The position numbers were made by a program, and so were the translations under genes. A stretch of 64,000 nucleotides of DNA from Parcubacteria group bacterium (GTDB taxonomy: Bacteria; Patescibacteriota; Minisyncoccia; Phycocordibacterales; UBA2135): positions 21,515 to 85,514 of the forward strand of contig JACQLQ010000001.1 in the NCBI GenBank assembly GCA_016204045.1, written 5' to 3'. Positions 28,830 through 38,362 of the stretch are shown piece by piece. Each line of letters starts with the position of its first letter. Positions within the stretch are counted from its first letter, which is position 1. The notes below the pieces were generated by a model, which searched no databases, was not told where the DNA came from, and was given only the letters and a program-made list of their open reading frames with translations.

Positions 28830-29306
28830 CTAGACGTTGAGGATTCGAAAGAGCGCAACCCCTCCGGCGACAGCAACATTCAATGACTCTTTCGTTCCCC
28901 TCACTGGTATTTCTGCGGTCACGTCGGCAGAATCAAGTATCGCTTTGGAGAGGCCACGCACTTCATTGCCAAGGACAAACGCCGTCTTCTTCTTGGGGTG
29001 TATCTTTTTGTAATCAATTGACCTTGGAGCCTGCTCAATCGCGACTATAAAGTATCCTTCTTCTTTGAGACGCGTAAGTACGCGCGTAATGTTCTTTACA
29101 GCTTCCCACGAAAGCGCCTCTGCACCGAGAGCTGTTTTGGCAATCTTGCTTTGTGTTCTACCAAAGCGATCGGTCGGTGTTGGGGTATAACCCGTCAGAT
29201 ATATCTTCCCAACCCCCGCCGCATCAGCGGTTCGAAAAATGGCGCCAACATTGTGGGCACTCCGAACGTTGTGGAGGATAACAACTACGTTGTCGGCTTT
29301 TGTCAT
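28830..29306 (-). CDS. TrmH/SpoU RNA methyltransferase
   Basis: HNVGAIFRTAD, LGNEVRG, KESLNVAVA. Confidence 0.92.
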   Translation of the reverse strand: MTKADNVVVILHNVRSAHNVGAIFRTADAAGVGKIYLTGYTPTPTDRFGRTQSKIAKTALGAEALSWEAVKNITRVLTRLKEEGYFIVAIEQAPRSIDYKKIHPKKKTAFVLGNEVRGLSKAILDSADVTAEIPVRGTKESLNVAVAGGVALFRILNV

Positions 29307-29409
29307 ACAAAGGTCATACTACCATACTGGTGAATGTCTACGGAGGGGTCGGTTGTTGGGGTTTTGTCGTGTACTAGATACAAAATACTAGATACCATAT
29401 ACTTAATAG

Positions 29410-29763
29410 ATGCTTTCTGTATTTCCGGATCTTCTTTCGTTCGCTATACTGGCGCCTTTCATTATCCGTATTTTCTTGGGGGGATACTTTGTTGTAAGTG
29501 GGGCATACGCTCTTCGCACTGCGTATGCAAAAGATAAAAACTTTATCTCGATTGCGAACGCGGTGACTGTCATCGGCGTTGTTGCGGGCGCGTGTGTACT
29601 TGTCGGCCTCTACACACAGCTCGCCGCAATCGCCTTGGCGGTCCTCTCCGTATATCTCGCGCGTGATAAACGAGAACGCGTTACATTCCTTCTCCTCACG
29701 GGGTTGGCGCTTTCGCTCCTCTTTTCCGGCGCAGGAGCATTCGCGTTTGATTTACCTCTCTAA
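29410..29763 (+). CDS. DoxX-like membrane protein
   Basis: RIFLG, GLYTQLAA, SGAGAFAFD. Confidence 0.75.
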   Translation: MLSVFPDLLSFAILAPFIIRIFLGGYFVVSGAYALRTAYAKDKNFISIANAVTVIGVVAGACVLVGLYTQLAAIALAVLSVYLARDKRERVTFLLLTGLALSLLFSGAGAFAFDLPL

Positions 29764-29861
29764 CCGACAACAGGCGACAATCAACCTACAACCCCTCCCG
29801 ATTTGCTGGTTTAGCTTTTTTGTTGTAAAGTTGTAGGTTGTTTGTTGCGGGTTGATTTTTC

Positions 29862-29933
29862 CCGCCCATAGCTCAACGGTAGAGCAGCTGCCTTTTAAGC
29901 AGTTGGTTGTAGGTTCGATTCCTACTGGGCGGA
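29862..29933 (+). tRNA. tRNA-Lys(TTT), CCA not encoded
   Basis: CCGCCCA/TGGGCGG acceptor, GCTGC-CT TTT AA-GCAGT anticodon arm. Confidence 0.93.
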
Positions 29934-29983
29934 TTTAAGTAATAAATAAAAGGAACCACTTTTAGAGTGGCTCCTTTTTGTAA

Positions 29984-30526
29984 TCAATTCCTCTGCCCCA
30001 ACAAAACTCTGCCGACAAGAGCATCTTCGTAGGTAAAGATGGCCTCACGCCATTCCTGCTCAAACCCAACAGTTATCTGAAATCCAACCGCAAGCACAAA
30101 ATCACCAGCCTCAAACCCACGCACCAGTTCTTCATGATTTGTGAAATACGCAAAGAAATCGTTGTAGATATCTATCTCTTGAGTAAACTCCTTCAAAGAA
30201 ACATGATTTGTTGCCCAGAGCGCTTCGAGACATTCCTGCGATTCCCAAAGGGCAAAACCGGTTCCCCTCCCCAACGGACCATTCTCAAGCTCCAGTGACT
30301 CGCGCGCAAATGGGACCTTGCGATAGGGCTGAAAGCCCTTGCAGAGGGCCACATCAGGATATCGGGGGACTTCAACCCTCAGGTGTGGGTTTTTGTTTTC
30401 TCCGGTAACAAAAACGCTTACTTTGTCATCTTGGGCCGGGAGATAAAGGCCTATGATGCCCGCATTCGCCAACGACGGGGCAAGGATGATAAGGGTTACA
30501 AAAATCGCCCACATCCAAGTTCTCAT
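29984..30526 (-). CDS. secreted hypothetical protein
   Basis: signal peptide MRTWMWAIF..SLANA. Confidence 0.6.
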   Translation of the reverse strand: MRTWMWAIFVTLIILAPSLANAGIIGLYLPAQDDKVSVFVTGENKNPHLRVEVPRYPDVALCKGFQPYRKVPFARESLELENGPLGRGTGFALWESQECLEALWATNHVSLKEFTQEIDIYNDFFAYFTNHEELVRGFEAGDFVLAVGFQITVGFEQEWREAIFTYEDALVGRVLLGQRN

Positions 30527-30824
30527 GCAATTTCTCTGGGTTACCTGAAACTGAGTAGTTTGTAGCATGCATGCCCCACAACAAGCAAGTAACTGGTACA
30601 GCGATCAAAATACAAAGTCATACATAACATAAGGCCCCTGGAGAAAGTTGGGGCCTTGTTTGCGCTTGCGCGCCAATCTACGGAGAACGAGCGGTGCTAT
30701 GTCATATTAAGTTGTACTACAGACCAAAGAACTGTTTCGAAAATCTGTTTTCGGAAGAAGCTTGTGAACTGACCCAACGAGGGTGTAACGTTGCTCTCGA
30801 AAACGTCTTTCGAGGTCTACCCAC

Positions 30825-30853
30825 AGTCTACCCCGCTCTACGGGTTGACGCAA
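30825..30853 (-). promoter_or_regulatory. sigma70-like promoter with upstream DnaA box
   Basis: TTGCGT-N17-TAGACT on minus strand; TTATCCACA at 30863-30871. Confidence 0.55.
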
Positions 30854-30940
30854 TCAAATGGGTGTGGATAAACTAGAAAGACCTATTATTGTCCTTTTAA
30901 CACAAGGTTATTTGAGATACCCTTTTCGAAAAGAGGTGGC

Positions 30941-31672
30941 TTATATATTCAGTACAAACCGTTCCAATGCAACATCAAGATCTTCTCCCCCAAGGCGTGC
31001 TTCGTGGGATATCGACACGAGTGTGCTTGAAAGTTTTTGCAATTCTGTTTCTGAAAAATTTTTTTTGAATTGTTTTGCTTTTTTCTCAACAAAAGGATTG
31101 AGTCCGAGCGCTGTTATAGCCGCGGGTCCTTCTTGTTCCGCCTGTGTGAGTGAGAGGAGATTTTTTACTTGCCAAAAGAGTGTTCCGTGGATCTGCTCTG
31201 GTTCGTGCCCACCCCGAAGTGCTTTCTGGAGCAAAACCCATGCTTCTTGCCTATTCCGTGCACCCAAAGCATCGGAAAGCTCGAAGGTAATAGTGTCTTT
31301 TCGCTGTTTTTGTTCAGGTTTTTCAAGAAGAAAAGCCTTCTTTGCATACTTAGCAAGGACTCTTTTAAGAGTCGCGGATAGCTTTGCCTCTTTAAAAACA
31401 AAGACGGTTGCCGAATCGGCAAGTTGCGCGACCTCCTCTTCTACGAATTCGGCTATGGGCTCAAGCGACAACGTGTTGCTTAATACAACTATGTTGTTGG
31501 ATTCGAAAAGACCGTGCGCCCTCACAAGCTCCTCAAGAGAAGAGACCGAGACTGTCTCTTCATCAAAGACCAGTATGGGCGCCTCCGGCTTTTTTGCCCG
31601 GAGTGCATCAACAAAAGCACTCGATTTCTCGGCAACGCGCGCGGTATCAGACCCCCAAAATACGTATATCAC
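30941..31672 (-). CDS. holA: DNA polymerase III delta subunit (short form)
   Basis: IYVFWGSD N-terminus, GLF..IVV, FELSDAL, LNPFV..K, LERFVL; GTG start 6 nt after TATCAT. Confidence 0.8.
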   Translation of the reverse strand: MIYVFWGSDTARVAEKSSAFVDALRAKKPEAPILVFDEETVSVSSLEELVRAHGLFESNNIVVLSNTLSLEPIAEFVEEEVAQLADSATVFVFKEAKLSATLKRVLAKYAKKAFLLEKPEQKQRKDTITFELSDALGARNRQEAWVLLQKALRGGHEPEQIHGTLFWQVKNLLSLTQAEQEGPAAITALGLNPFVEKKAKQFKKNFSETELQKLSSTLVSISHEARLGGEDLDVALERFVLNI

Positions 31673-31761
31673 ATGTATATGATACCCCGCAGGTGCCTGT
31701 TGGACAATTTTGGGTACAATGCTACCCTTACAGTAGTATTGAAAACTTGACGGAGACGGCC

Positions 31762-32535
31762 ATGTTCCGAAGTGTTTACACGCTTTGCGCCGCCGTCGTT
31801 GTTGCGGCGATTGCGGCTTGCAAACCTTTCCCAAAAGCAGCAAACGAGTACCCCGCGGGGCATGTGGTTCATGAAGCAGCAAAGGGCTATCTCTCAATCA
31901 GCGGAGCTTGCGGGCTCATTAGTTGGATGGGAAGCGCTTTCGTTGTTGAAGTGAATGGTGTTTCAATGGGTTTGGGTAACGGTTTAACCGCCGCTCATAA
32001 TCTCTGGTATATGTGCGGCGACATTGGTGAAGTGATGGCGGAAACACATACGGGCGCAAAATTTAAAGTGAACGCCGTCGGCTACGAAAAGGAAACTGAC
32101 ATTGGTGTTATCTACTCCCCGTCCTATCCGGGCATGAAACCCCTTTCTTTGGGGAACTCAGACGACTTAAAGTTGGGCCAAATGTTGTATGGACTTTGCA
32201 CCACGGTATGGAATCCTTCCGTAATTCCTTATGGACCGCTCATTGCAAAGGATATCACCGATTACTACACGGATCTCGAAGTCACTCTTACGGGTCTTAT
32301 GACCTTTGACGGCGCGCGGCATCCCCAGGGGTGCTCTGGCGGCCCCGTACTTACAGAGGATGGAAAGGTTGTGGGTGTGATGAGTGGAATACCCACAATT
32401 ACAGTAACTAACTTCGAGGCGGGACGCGGAGCAGTGTCCACGTACGAGGAACAACGGGGACGAGAAATCTATTTCGTTCCCATTAACACAGCTCTCGAAG
32501 CGATGCGTCGCATTGTTGCGAAAAACGGTCACTAG
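31762..32535 (+). CDS. trypsin-like (S1) serine protease lipoprotein
   Basis: lipobox IAAC, TAAH, ETDIG, GCSGGP catalytic triad motifs. Confidence 0.85.
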   Translation: MFRSVYTLCAAVVVAAIAACKPFPKAANEYPAGHVVHEAAKGYLSISGACGLISWMGSAFVVEVNGVSMGLGNGLTAAHNLWYMCGDIGEVMAETHTGAKFKVNAVGYEKETDIGVIYSPSYPGMKPLSLGNSDDLKLGQMLYGLCTTVWNPSVIPYGPLIAKDITDYYTDLEVTLTGLMTFDGARHPQGCSGGPVLTEDGKVVGVMSGIPTITVTNFEAGRGAVSTYEEQRGREIYFVPINTALEAMRRIVAKNGH

Positions 32536-32543
32536 AGCCAAAG

Positions 32544-32590
32544 CAAACATCCCGAGTCCTGCCCTTGGCAGATCAGGACTCGGGATGTTT
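32544..32590. terminator. terminator hairpin
   Basis: AAACATCCCGAGTCCTG...CAGGACTCGGGATGTTT. Confidence 0.65.
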
Positions 32591-32675
32591 TTATTTCGTC
32601 GAGCGAGCGGGCAAAATGAAAATGTCTTCATTTTCATTTTCTCCGAGCGAAGACGAAATATAAGACGAGGTGCTT

Positions 32676-35051
32676 TTATGTTTTAACTACCTCCATCTCC
32701 CCCCAATTTTTCCCCAAAGAAGCATCTGCGATGATGGGCACATCGTGTTTAAGGACGGCCTCCATCTCCCTCTTAATTAGAGGTATCACCTCTCCAACCA
32801 CATCGTCGTTCACTTCGTACAAGAGTTCGTCATGTACCTGGAGAAGAAGGAGCGCCCTGTCTTCCCACCCGTGTTTGCGGAGCATTGTGTCAACATTAAC
32901 AATCGCAAGCTTGATAATGTCCCCAGTGGCCGTTCCTTGGAGTGGGGCATTGACTGCCATGCGTTCAGCAGCAGCTCTAATATAGGGGATGTTTGAATTG
33001 ATACCTTCAAAATAGCGGCGTCTCCCAAAGAAGGTTTCGGTGTATCCTTGCTTTGCTGCCTTTCTTTTTATTTCTTCGAGAAAGTTGGCAATTCCGGGAA
33101 ATTCATCGAAATAGCTATTATAGAAATTTTGAGCTTCCTCGCGCGTGCCACCAAGAGCTTTCTGTAAACTGGAAATCCCCATGCCGTAGATAATGCCGAA
33201 GTTGATTGTTTTTGCTTTGCGACGCATCTCTTTTGTTACTTCTTCCTGTGGCACCTTAAAAACTCTTGAGGCAACAGCCGCGTGTACATCACGACCCTCT
33301 TTAAAAATGCGAGTGAGGTCTTCGTCTTTGGAGAGAATGGCGAGGACGCGAAGCTCAATTTGGGAATAATCGAACGCCGCGAGCGTAAACCCCTTTCGTG
33401 CAATAAACGCTCGGCGTATCTTCCCGCCGTGTTCCCCTTTTATGGGAACGTTTTGGAGATTCGGGTTTTCTGAAGCCATCCGCCCCGTTGTTGTGCCTGT
33501 CTGTATAAATGATGTATGCAGTGCGCCTTCGGCATCGACCATTCCCGGAATATTGTCGATATATGTGGAAACAAGCTTTTGAAACTCGCGAAATGCGAGA
33601 ATGTCCGCAATGATTGGGTGCACATCTTCGAGCTTTAGGAGCTCTGATTCGCGCGTCGAGCGAGCGCCGCCCTCGGTCTTTTTAAGACCCTTCGCGGTGA
33701 GGCCCATTGTGTCAAAAAGCACTTCGCCGAGTTGCCGCGGGGAATTGATGTTGAATCGCGTACCCGCGCTCTTCCAGATACGCTCGGAGAGTTTGTCGAG
33801 CTCTTTGTGATATTCTTTTGAAAGATTTTTGAGATACGACGTGTCGATTAAGACCCCGCGTTCCTCTGCTTTTTTGATAATTGGTGTGAGTGGTAGCTCT
33901 ATTTCACGATACACGCGCTCGAGGCCAAGTGACTTGATCTCTCGGAGAATCCCTTCTTTTGCCTCGACAAATGTCTTCGTGCGTGCGTGGCGCATGATAT
34001 CCTCTAGAGTTGGGTTCGTTATGTCTGAATTGACAAGCCAAAGCGCAATCGCCGTCTCAACAATCTCTCTCGGATCTGGTTTTTCTTGTGTTTCTTCTTT
34101 CTGTGTTTCTTTTTTCTCACCCAAGACACCTCGCAATCGATCCTCAAGTGTTCGAAAGTCGAGTTCTTGAAAGAGGTTAGACGCCTTTGCAATATCGAAT
34201 GTGTCTCTCCATGTTTTTTGTGGGAGAGAAAAATCAATTGGTGCGTCTTTCCTAATTGATGCAAGTGTTTTTGAAAAAAGTGCCTCCTCTTCGTTGTCTT
34301 TCAAGAGTTGCACAATACGCGGTTTAATCGCCTTCTTCTCGAACGCCTTCTCGTCCTTCTTAAGTTTTTTATAAATATCTTCAATGCCACCGAAGGCGAG
34401 GATGAGCTCTGTTGCCGTCTTTTCGCCGATACCGCGAATGCCCGGGATGTTGTCGGAGGGATCACCGCGCAATCCTTTGTAATCCGCGAGGAGTTCTGGT
34501 CCGAAGCCGAAGCGTTCGCGCACCGCCTTCTCGTCATAAAGAATCGTGTCTGAAATACCTTTTTTGAGTGTATAGACCATAACCCGTCTATCATCTACCA
34601 AACTTAAGGTGTCCATGTCACCTGATGCGATGATGATTTCGAGCGCCTCTTTCTTGAGCGCGCCCTTGGATTCTTCGACAATGGTGCCAATAACGTCATC
34701 GGCTTCAAAGCCTGCTTTTTCGTAAATGGGAATGCCGAGCGCCCCAAAGACATCTCTTGATCGAATCATTTGCGCAACTAAATCGTCCTCGGCCTTTGGC
34801 CGCTTTGCTTTGTACCCCTCAAACGCTTCATGACGAAATGTCGGCCCCGCCAAGTCATAGCACGCAATGAGGTAATCGGGCTTCAGGTCGCTAATAAGTT
34901 TGATTAACATTGCCGAAAGCCCATACAACCCACCAGTTGGCTCACCCTTTCTCGAAGTGAAGTCTGGGAGTGCGTGATACGCACGATGCAAGATTGCGTG
35001 AGCATCTAAGAGCACGAGCCGTCTTTTTGTTGTTTCCTTTGTTTGTTTCAT
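32676..35051 (-). CDS. polA: DNA polymerase I
   Basis: 5'-3' exonuclease (RAYHA, EADD, GDPSDNIPG) and Pol A motifs (DYSQIELR, KTINFGIIYG, QVHDEL). Confidence 0.97.
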   Translation of the reverse strand: MKQTKETTKRRLVLLDAHAILHRAYHALPDFTSRKGEPTGGLYGLSAMLIKLISDLKPDYLIACYDLAGPTFRHEAFEGYKAKRPKAEDDLVAQMIRSRDVFGALGIPIYEKAGFEADDVIGTIVEESKGALKKEALEIIIASGDMDTLSLVDDRRVMVYTLKKGISDTILYDEKAVRERFGFGPELLADYKGLRGDPSDNIPGIRGIGEKTATELILAFGGIEDIYKKLKKDEKAFEKKAIKPRIVQLLKDNEEEALFSKTLASIRKDAPIDFSLPQKTWRDTFDIAKASNLFQELDFRTLEDRLRGVLGEKKETQKEETQEKPDPREIVETAIALWLVNSDITNPTLEDIMRHARTKTFVEAKEGILREIKSLGLERVYREIELPLTPIIKKAEERGVLIDTSYLKNLSKEYHKELDKLSERIWKSAGTRFNINSPRQLGEVLFDTMGLTAKGLKKTEGGARSTRESELLKLEDVHPIIADILAFREFQKLVSTYIDNIPGMVDAEGALHTSFIQTGTTTGRMASENPNLQNVPIKGEHGGKIRRAFIARKGFTLAAFDYSQIELRVLAILSKDEDLTRIFKEGRDVHAAVASRVFKVPQEEVTKEMRRKAKTINFGIIYGMGISSLQKALGGTREEAQNFYNSYFDEFPGIANFLEEIKRKAAKQGYTETFFGRRRYFEGINSNIPYIRAAAERMAVNAPLQGTATGDIIKLAIVNVDTMLRKHGWEDRALLLLQVHDELLYEVNDDVVGEVIPLIKREMEAVLKHDVPIIADASLGKNWGEMEVVKT

Positions 35052-35053
35052 GA

Positions 35054-35503
35054 CTACGGATTAACGATTCTGATTTTTCTTGTGCGTTCGTCTACTCCTT
35101 CAAAATACATCTTTATCGCATCGTACGGCAATGCGGCCTCTATCCGGTCTGCCCATTCTATGAAAATGAGGTTCTTCGGATCTTTTGAGATCTCCTCCCA
35201 CCCGAGACTCAACAATTCGTCACTGTCCCGTAAGCGATATGCATCAATATGTATAAAGCGGGCAAAGCGCGGGTGGTCCATGGCATACACGCGTTCAATG
35301 ATGAACGTTGGGGAGACCACAGGTTCCACAACACCGAGTGATTCTGCGATGCTTTTTACAAACGTGGTTTTGCCACTCCCCAAATCGCCATACAATCCTA
35401 TGACGGATGCCTCCTTGGGCGCCACACGCCCAAATACTTCTTGCGCGAGTATCGCGGCCACAGCCTTCAGGTCATCGGGGGTTTTTGCGTAGAGCTCTTG
35501 CAT
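35054..35503 (-). CDS. tsaE: tRNA threonylcarbamoyladenosine ATPase TsaE
   Basis: GDLGSGKTTF, SPTF, HIDAYRL, IEWAD. Confidence 0.95.
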   Translation of the reverse strand: MQELYAKTPDDLKAVAAILAQEVFGRVAPKEASVIGLYGDLGSGKTTFVKSIAESLGVVEPVVSPTFIIERVYAMDHPRFARFIHIDAYRLRDSDELLSLGWEEISKDPKNLIFIEWADRIEAALPYDAIKMYFEGVDERTRKIRIVNP

Positions 35504-35576
35504 GCGTCTATTGTACCAAATGAAAGGGCGCGAGGGGGGGTAACCTCCTCGCGCCCGTTTTGTTGTGGTCGACGTG

Positions 35577-36056
35577 CTACTGCACGCGCCACTGACCGTC
35601 TGGCTGCCGACAGGCGGTGCCAAAGGCGTTCTGCGTCTGGCCACCAACGGTGACCGTCTGCTGGTACTCGCGGCAGTAGACGCCTGAACGTGGCTCTGTC
35701 GTGTTGGTGGGCGTCACCGTGCCGTAGTGGCCAGTGTCCGGGTTCCGCCACGTCGTCGTGGTGTTGCGCGGGGTATCGTTCAGCGCACGCTCTGTCGTTT
35801 GGTGCATCAGACGACGGTCTGTCGCATCCACGGACCGGCCGAGTTCGCCACCAATGGCGGCGCCCAGGAGGGTACCGATGCCGACTCCGACGAGCTGGCC
35901 CGTGCCACGCCCGAATTGCGCACCAGCGAGACCGCCAGCGATAGCGCCCAGGACTGTGCCGGCCTGCTGATTTTCGCCACCAGCGCAGCCGATGGGGCCA
36001 CCAAACGCCAGGGAAACTCCCAGCACTGCAACCAAAAGCACTTTATTTGACTTCAT
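35577..36056 (-). CDS. 17 kDa surface antigen-type glycine-zipper lipoprotein
   Basis: signal peptide + Cys, GxxxG zipper, WRNPDTG, CREYQQTV, GTACRQPDGQW. Confidence 0.9.
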   Translation of the reverse strand: MKSNKVLLVAVLGVSLAFGGPIGCAGGENQQAGTVLGAIAGGLAGAQFGRGTGQLVGVGIGTLLGAAIGGELGRSVDATDRRLMHQTTERALNDTPRNTTTTWRNPDTGHYGTVTPTNTTEPRSGVYCREYQQTVTVGGQTQNAFGTACRQPDGQWRVQ

Positions 36057-36375
36057 TTTACCCGTTCCTTCCTATAAGCTGGATTGCCAAGTCAATTATA
36101 TCATAATCGGCTAAAAAGTCAATAAAAATGAGGTTATGTAGCGCAGAACATAACAACTACCTCACACCAAAATCACGTACTCGCAGATGGTACTTTCGTT
36201 AGTAAGAATGAGCACTGGGGCTAACAAAACAATTGGGTTGTGTTTACTGTCGTGATGGTGCACAGTGATTCTCTGCACAGAACCACTGTTTCAACAAAGT
36301 GCAATATTGTTTTACGTAGAAGCACGCGCTAGTATTAAAAGCAAGAGACGCTCCTCCTTTGCCCTCTTCATTTTC

Positions 36376-38055
36376 ATGGTCACGTTTGACGAAGACAAGC
36401 AAAAAAAGAAAGTAGCTGAACTGCAAACGCAGGAAGCTGAAGAACTTGCTCGATTTATAGCAGAAAGGCATGATCTTCCTTATATAGACCTTTTAACTGT
36501 TCCCCTTTCAAGTGACGCTTTGCGCCTTCTAAAGGAAGAAGAGGCGCGTACGGGGCTTCTCGCTCCGTTTCGTTTGGTTGGAAAACAGGTTCATGTTGCC
36601 ATTGCGGCGCCCAACAACCAAGACACAATAGACCGAATAAAAGAGCTAGAAAATGCGGGGTATTCTCCGATCCTCTATGTTGCATCCAAAAAGAGTCTTG
36701 GGCGCGTATGGGAACGATATGCGGAGCTTTCTTTAAGCTTAGAGACGGAGGAGGGCGTTCTTGAGGTCTCCTCAGAACAAGTTCTGTCTTACTTGGCAGA
36801 ATTTAAGAGCTTAAACAGTGTCGCAGAGGTTATTGCTGGCGTACTTGCGGGGAAGGAACGATATCAGACCACAAGAATCCTTGAAATTTTGATTGCTGGG
36901 TCCCTCGCCACCGACGCGTCAGACATTCATATTGAACCAGAAGAGACGCAGGTGATGCTCCGCTATCGTTTGGATGGTGTTCTTCAGGAGGTTGCTGCCA
37001 TAGAGGAGCGGGTGTTCACACTCCTTGTTTCACGTATTAAAATTCTCTCCGGCATGAAGTTGAACGTGCGTGATGATGCGCAAAACGGCCGGTTCACCAT
37101 CAAGGTGCATGATGCGGACATCGAAGTTCGAATCTCGACAGTGCCCGGAGCATATGGAGAGTCTGTGGTGCTTCGTATCCTAAACCCCAAGGCGATAGCG
37201 GTTCCATTTGATAAGTTGGGTATGGAAAAGAGACTTGAGGAAATTGTGAGACGGGAGATAAAAAAGCCCAATGGCTTGATCCTAAACACGGGTCCTACTG
37301 GTTCTGGAAAGACGACAACGCTTTACGCGATCCTACGTCTGTTGAACGACCCGACAGTCAAAATTATTACCATTGAGGACCCGGTTGAATATCATCTTCC
37401 CGGGATAACACAGACGCAGGTTGATAGTAATACCGCGTATAACTTTTTTGAGGGGCTCCGTTCGGGGCTCCGCCAAGACCCAGACGTCATCATGGTCGGA
37501 GAAATCCGCGACAAAGAAACTGCGGAGACTGCGATTGATGCCGCGCTCACGGGTCACTTGGTGCTTTCGACCCTTCACACAAACAACGCGGCGGGAACCA
37601 TACCTCGGCTCATCGACCTTGGAGTAAATCCAAAAATCATCGGCTCTGCGCTAACGCTTGCTCTTGCCCAACGACTCCTACGAAAACTCTGTGAATACTG
37701 TAAGAAGGAAGACACACCAACGGAAGAAGAGCGAAAGATCATCGCTCATATGGAGCCGCGGTTGCGCACCGCATTCGCCGACATACAAACCACACGAGTA
37801 TGGCGGGGAAGCAAGTGTGACAAATGCAACAACACCGGCTATAAAGGACGTATTGGTATTTTTGAGGCGGTGCACATGGATGCCGAAATTGAAAAACTCG
37901 CTTCAGAAAACCCGAGCGAGCGTGAGATAAAAAAGTTAATGGATACACAGGGATTGCTTGATATGGGAGAAGATGGTGTTTCAAAGATTCTTCATGGTGT
38001 CACTTCTTTTGAGGAGGTGATGCGTGTAATTGATTTGAGCTCTTACGCCACCTGA
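36376..38055 (+). CDS. pilB: GspE/PilB-family pilus assembly ATPase
   Basis: ASDIHIEP, GPTGSGKTT, EDPVEY, RQDPD..VGEIRD, STLHTN, Cys4 motif. Confidence 0.9.
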   Translation: MVTFDEDKQKKKVAELQTQEAEELARFIAERHDLPYIDLLTVPLSSDALRLLKEEEARTGLLAPFRLVGKQVHVAIAAPNNQDTIDRIKELENAGYSPILYVASKKSLGRVWERYAELSLSLETEEGVLEVSSEQVLSYLAEFKSLNSVAEVIAGVLAGKERYQTTRILEILIAGSLATDASDIHIEPEETQVMLRYRLDGVLQEVAAIEERVFTLLVSRIKILSGMKLNVRDDAQNGRFTIKVHDADIEVRISTVPGAYGESVVLRILNPKAIAVPFDKLGMEKRLEEIVRREIKKPNGLILNTGPTGSGKTTTLYAILRLLNDPTVKIITIEDPVEYHLPGITQTQVDSNTAYNFFEGLRSGLRQDPDVIMVGEIRDKETAETAIDAALTGHLVLSTLHTNNAAGTIPRLIDLGVNPKIIGSALTLALAQRLLRKLCEYCKKEDTPTEEERKIIAHMEPRLRTAFADIQTTRVWRGSKCDKCNNTGYKGRIGIFEAVHMDAEIEKLASENPSEREIKKLMDTQGLLDMGEDGVSKILHGVTSFEEVMRVIDLSSYAT

Positions 38056-38085
38056 AGATTTGAATTGGAGGGGTCACTTTAAACG

Positions 38086-38260
38086 TTAAAGTCCCCAACC
38101 TCCAGACAATCCTTTAAGTTCCGTGCAAGGAATAAAAAGGCAGATATAACCTTGAGAAACACCTCAGTTATATCTGCCGAAGCAGAAAAACCAAGACGCT
38201 CTTAGGAAACACCCAAATGATCAAAAAATGATCTGATTGCCTGGAGGTTGGGGACTTTAA
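38086..38260. repeat. MITE-like 175-bp element with 26-bp terminal inverted repeats and an internal hairpin
   Basis: 38086-38111 vs 38235-38260 match 25/26; GGCAGATATAAC/GTTATATCTGCC inside. Confidence 0.7.
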
Positions 38261-38362
38261 ATGTGCTATCGTAAAGAGGAAGACACGAGCTAGAGAGTTC
38301 GTGTCGTATACAAAGAAGGCTCGTTCGCCTCTTTACGCATACGTTATCATAAAACACTTAAA

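Noticed and set aside
31408-31897. Apparent long antisense overlap of holA and the protease
   Set aside because: Real starts (31672 minus, 31762 plus) are divergent and do not overlap.
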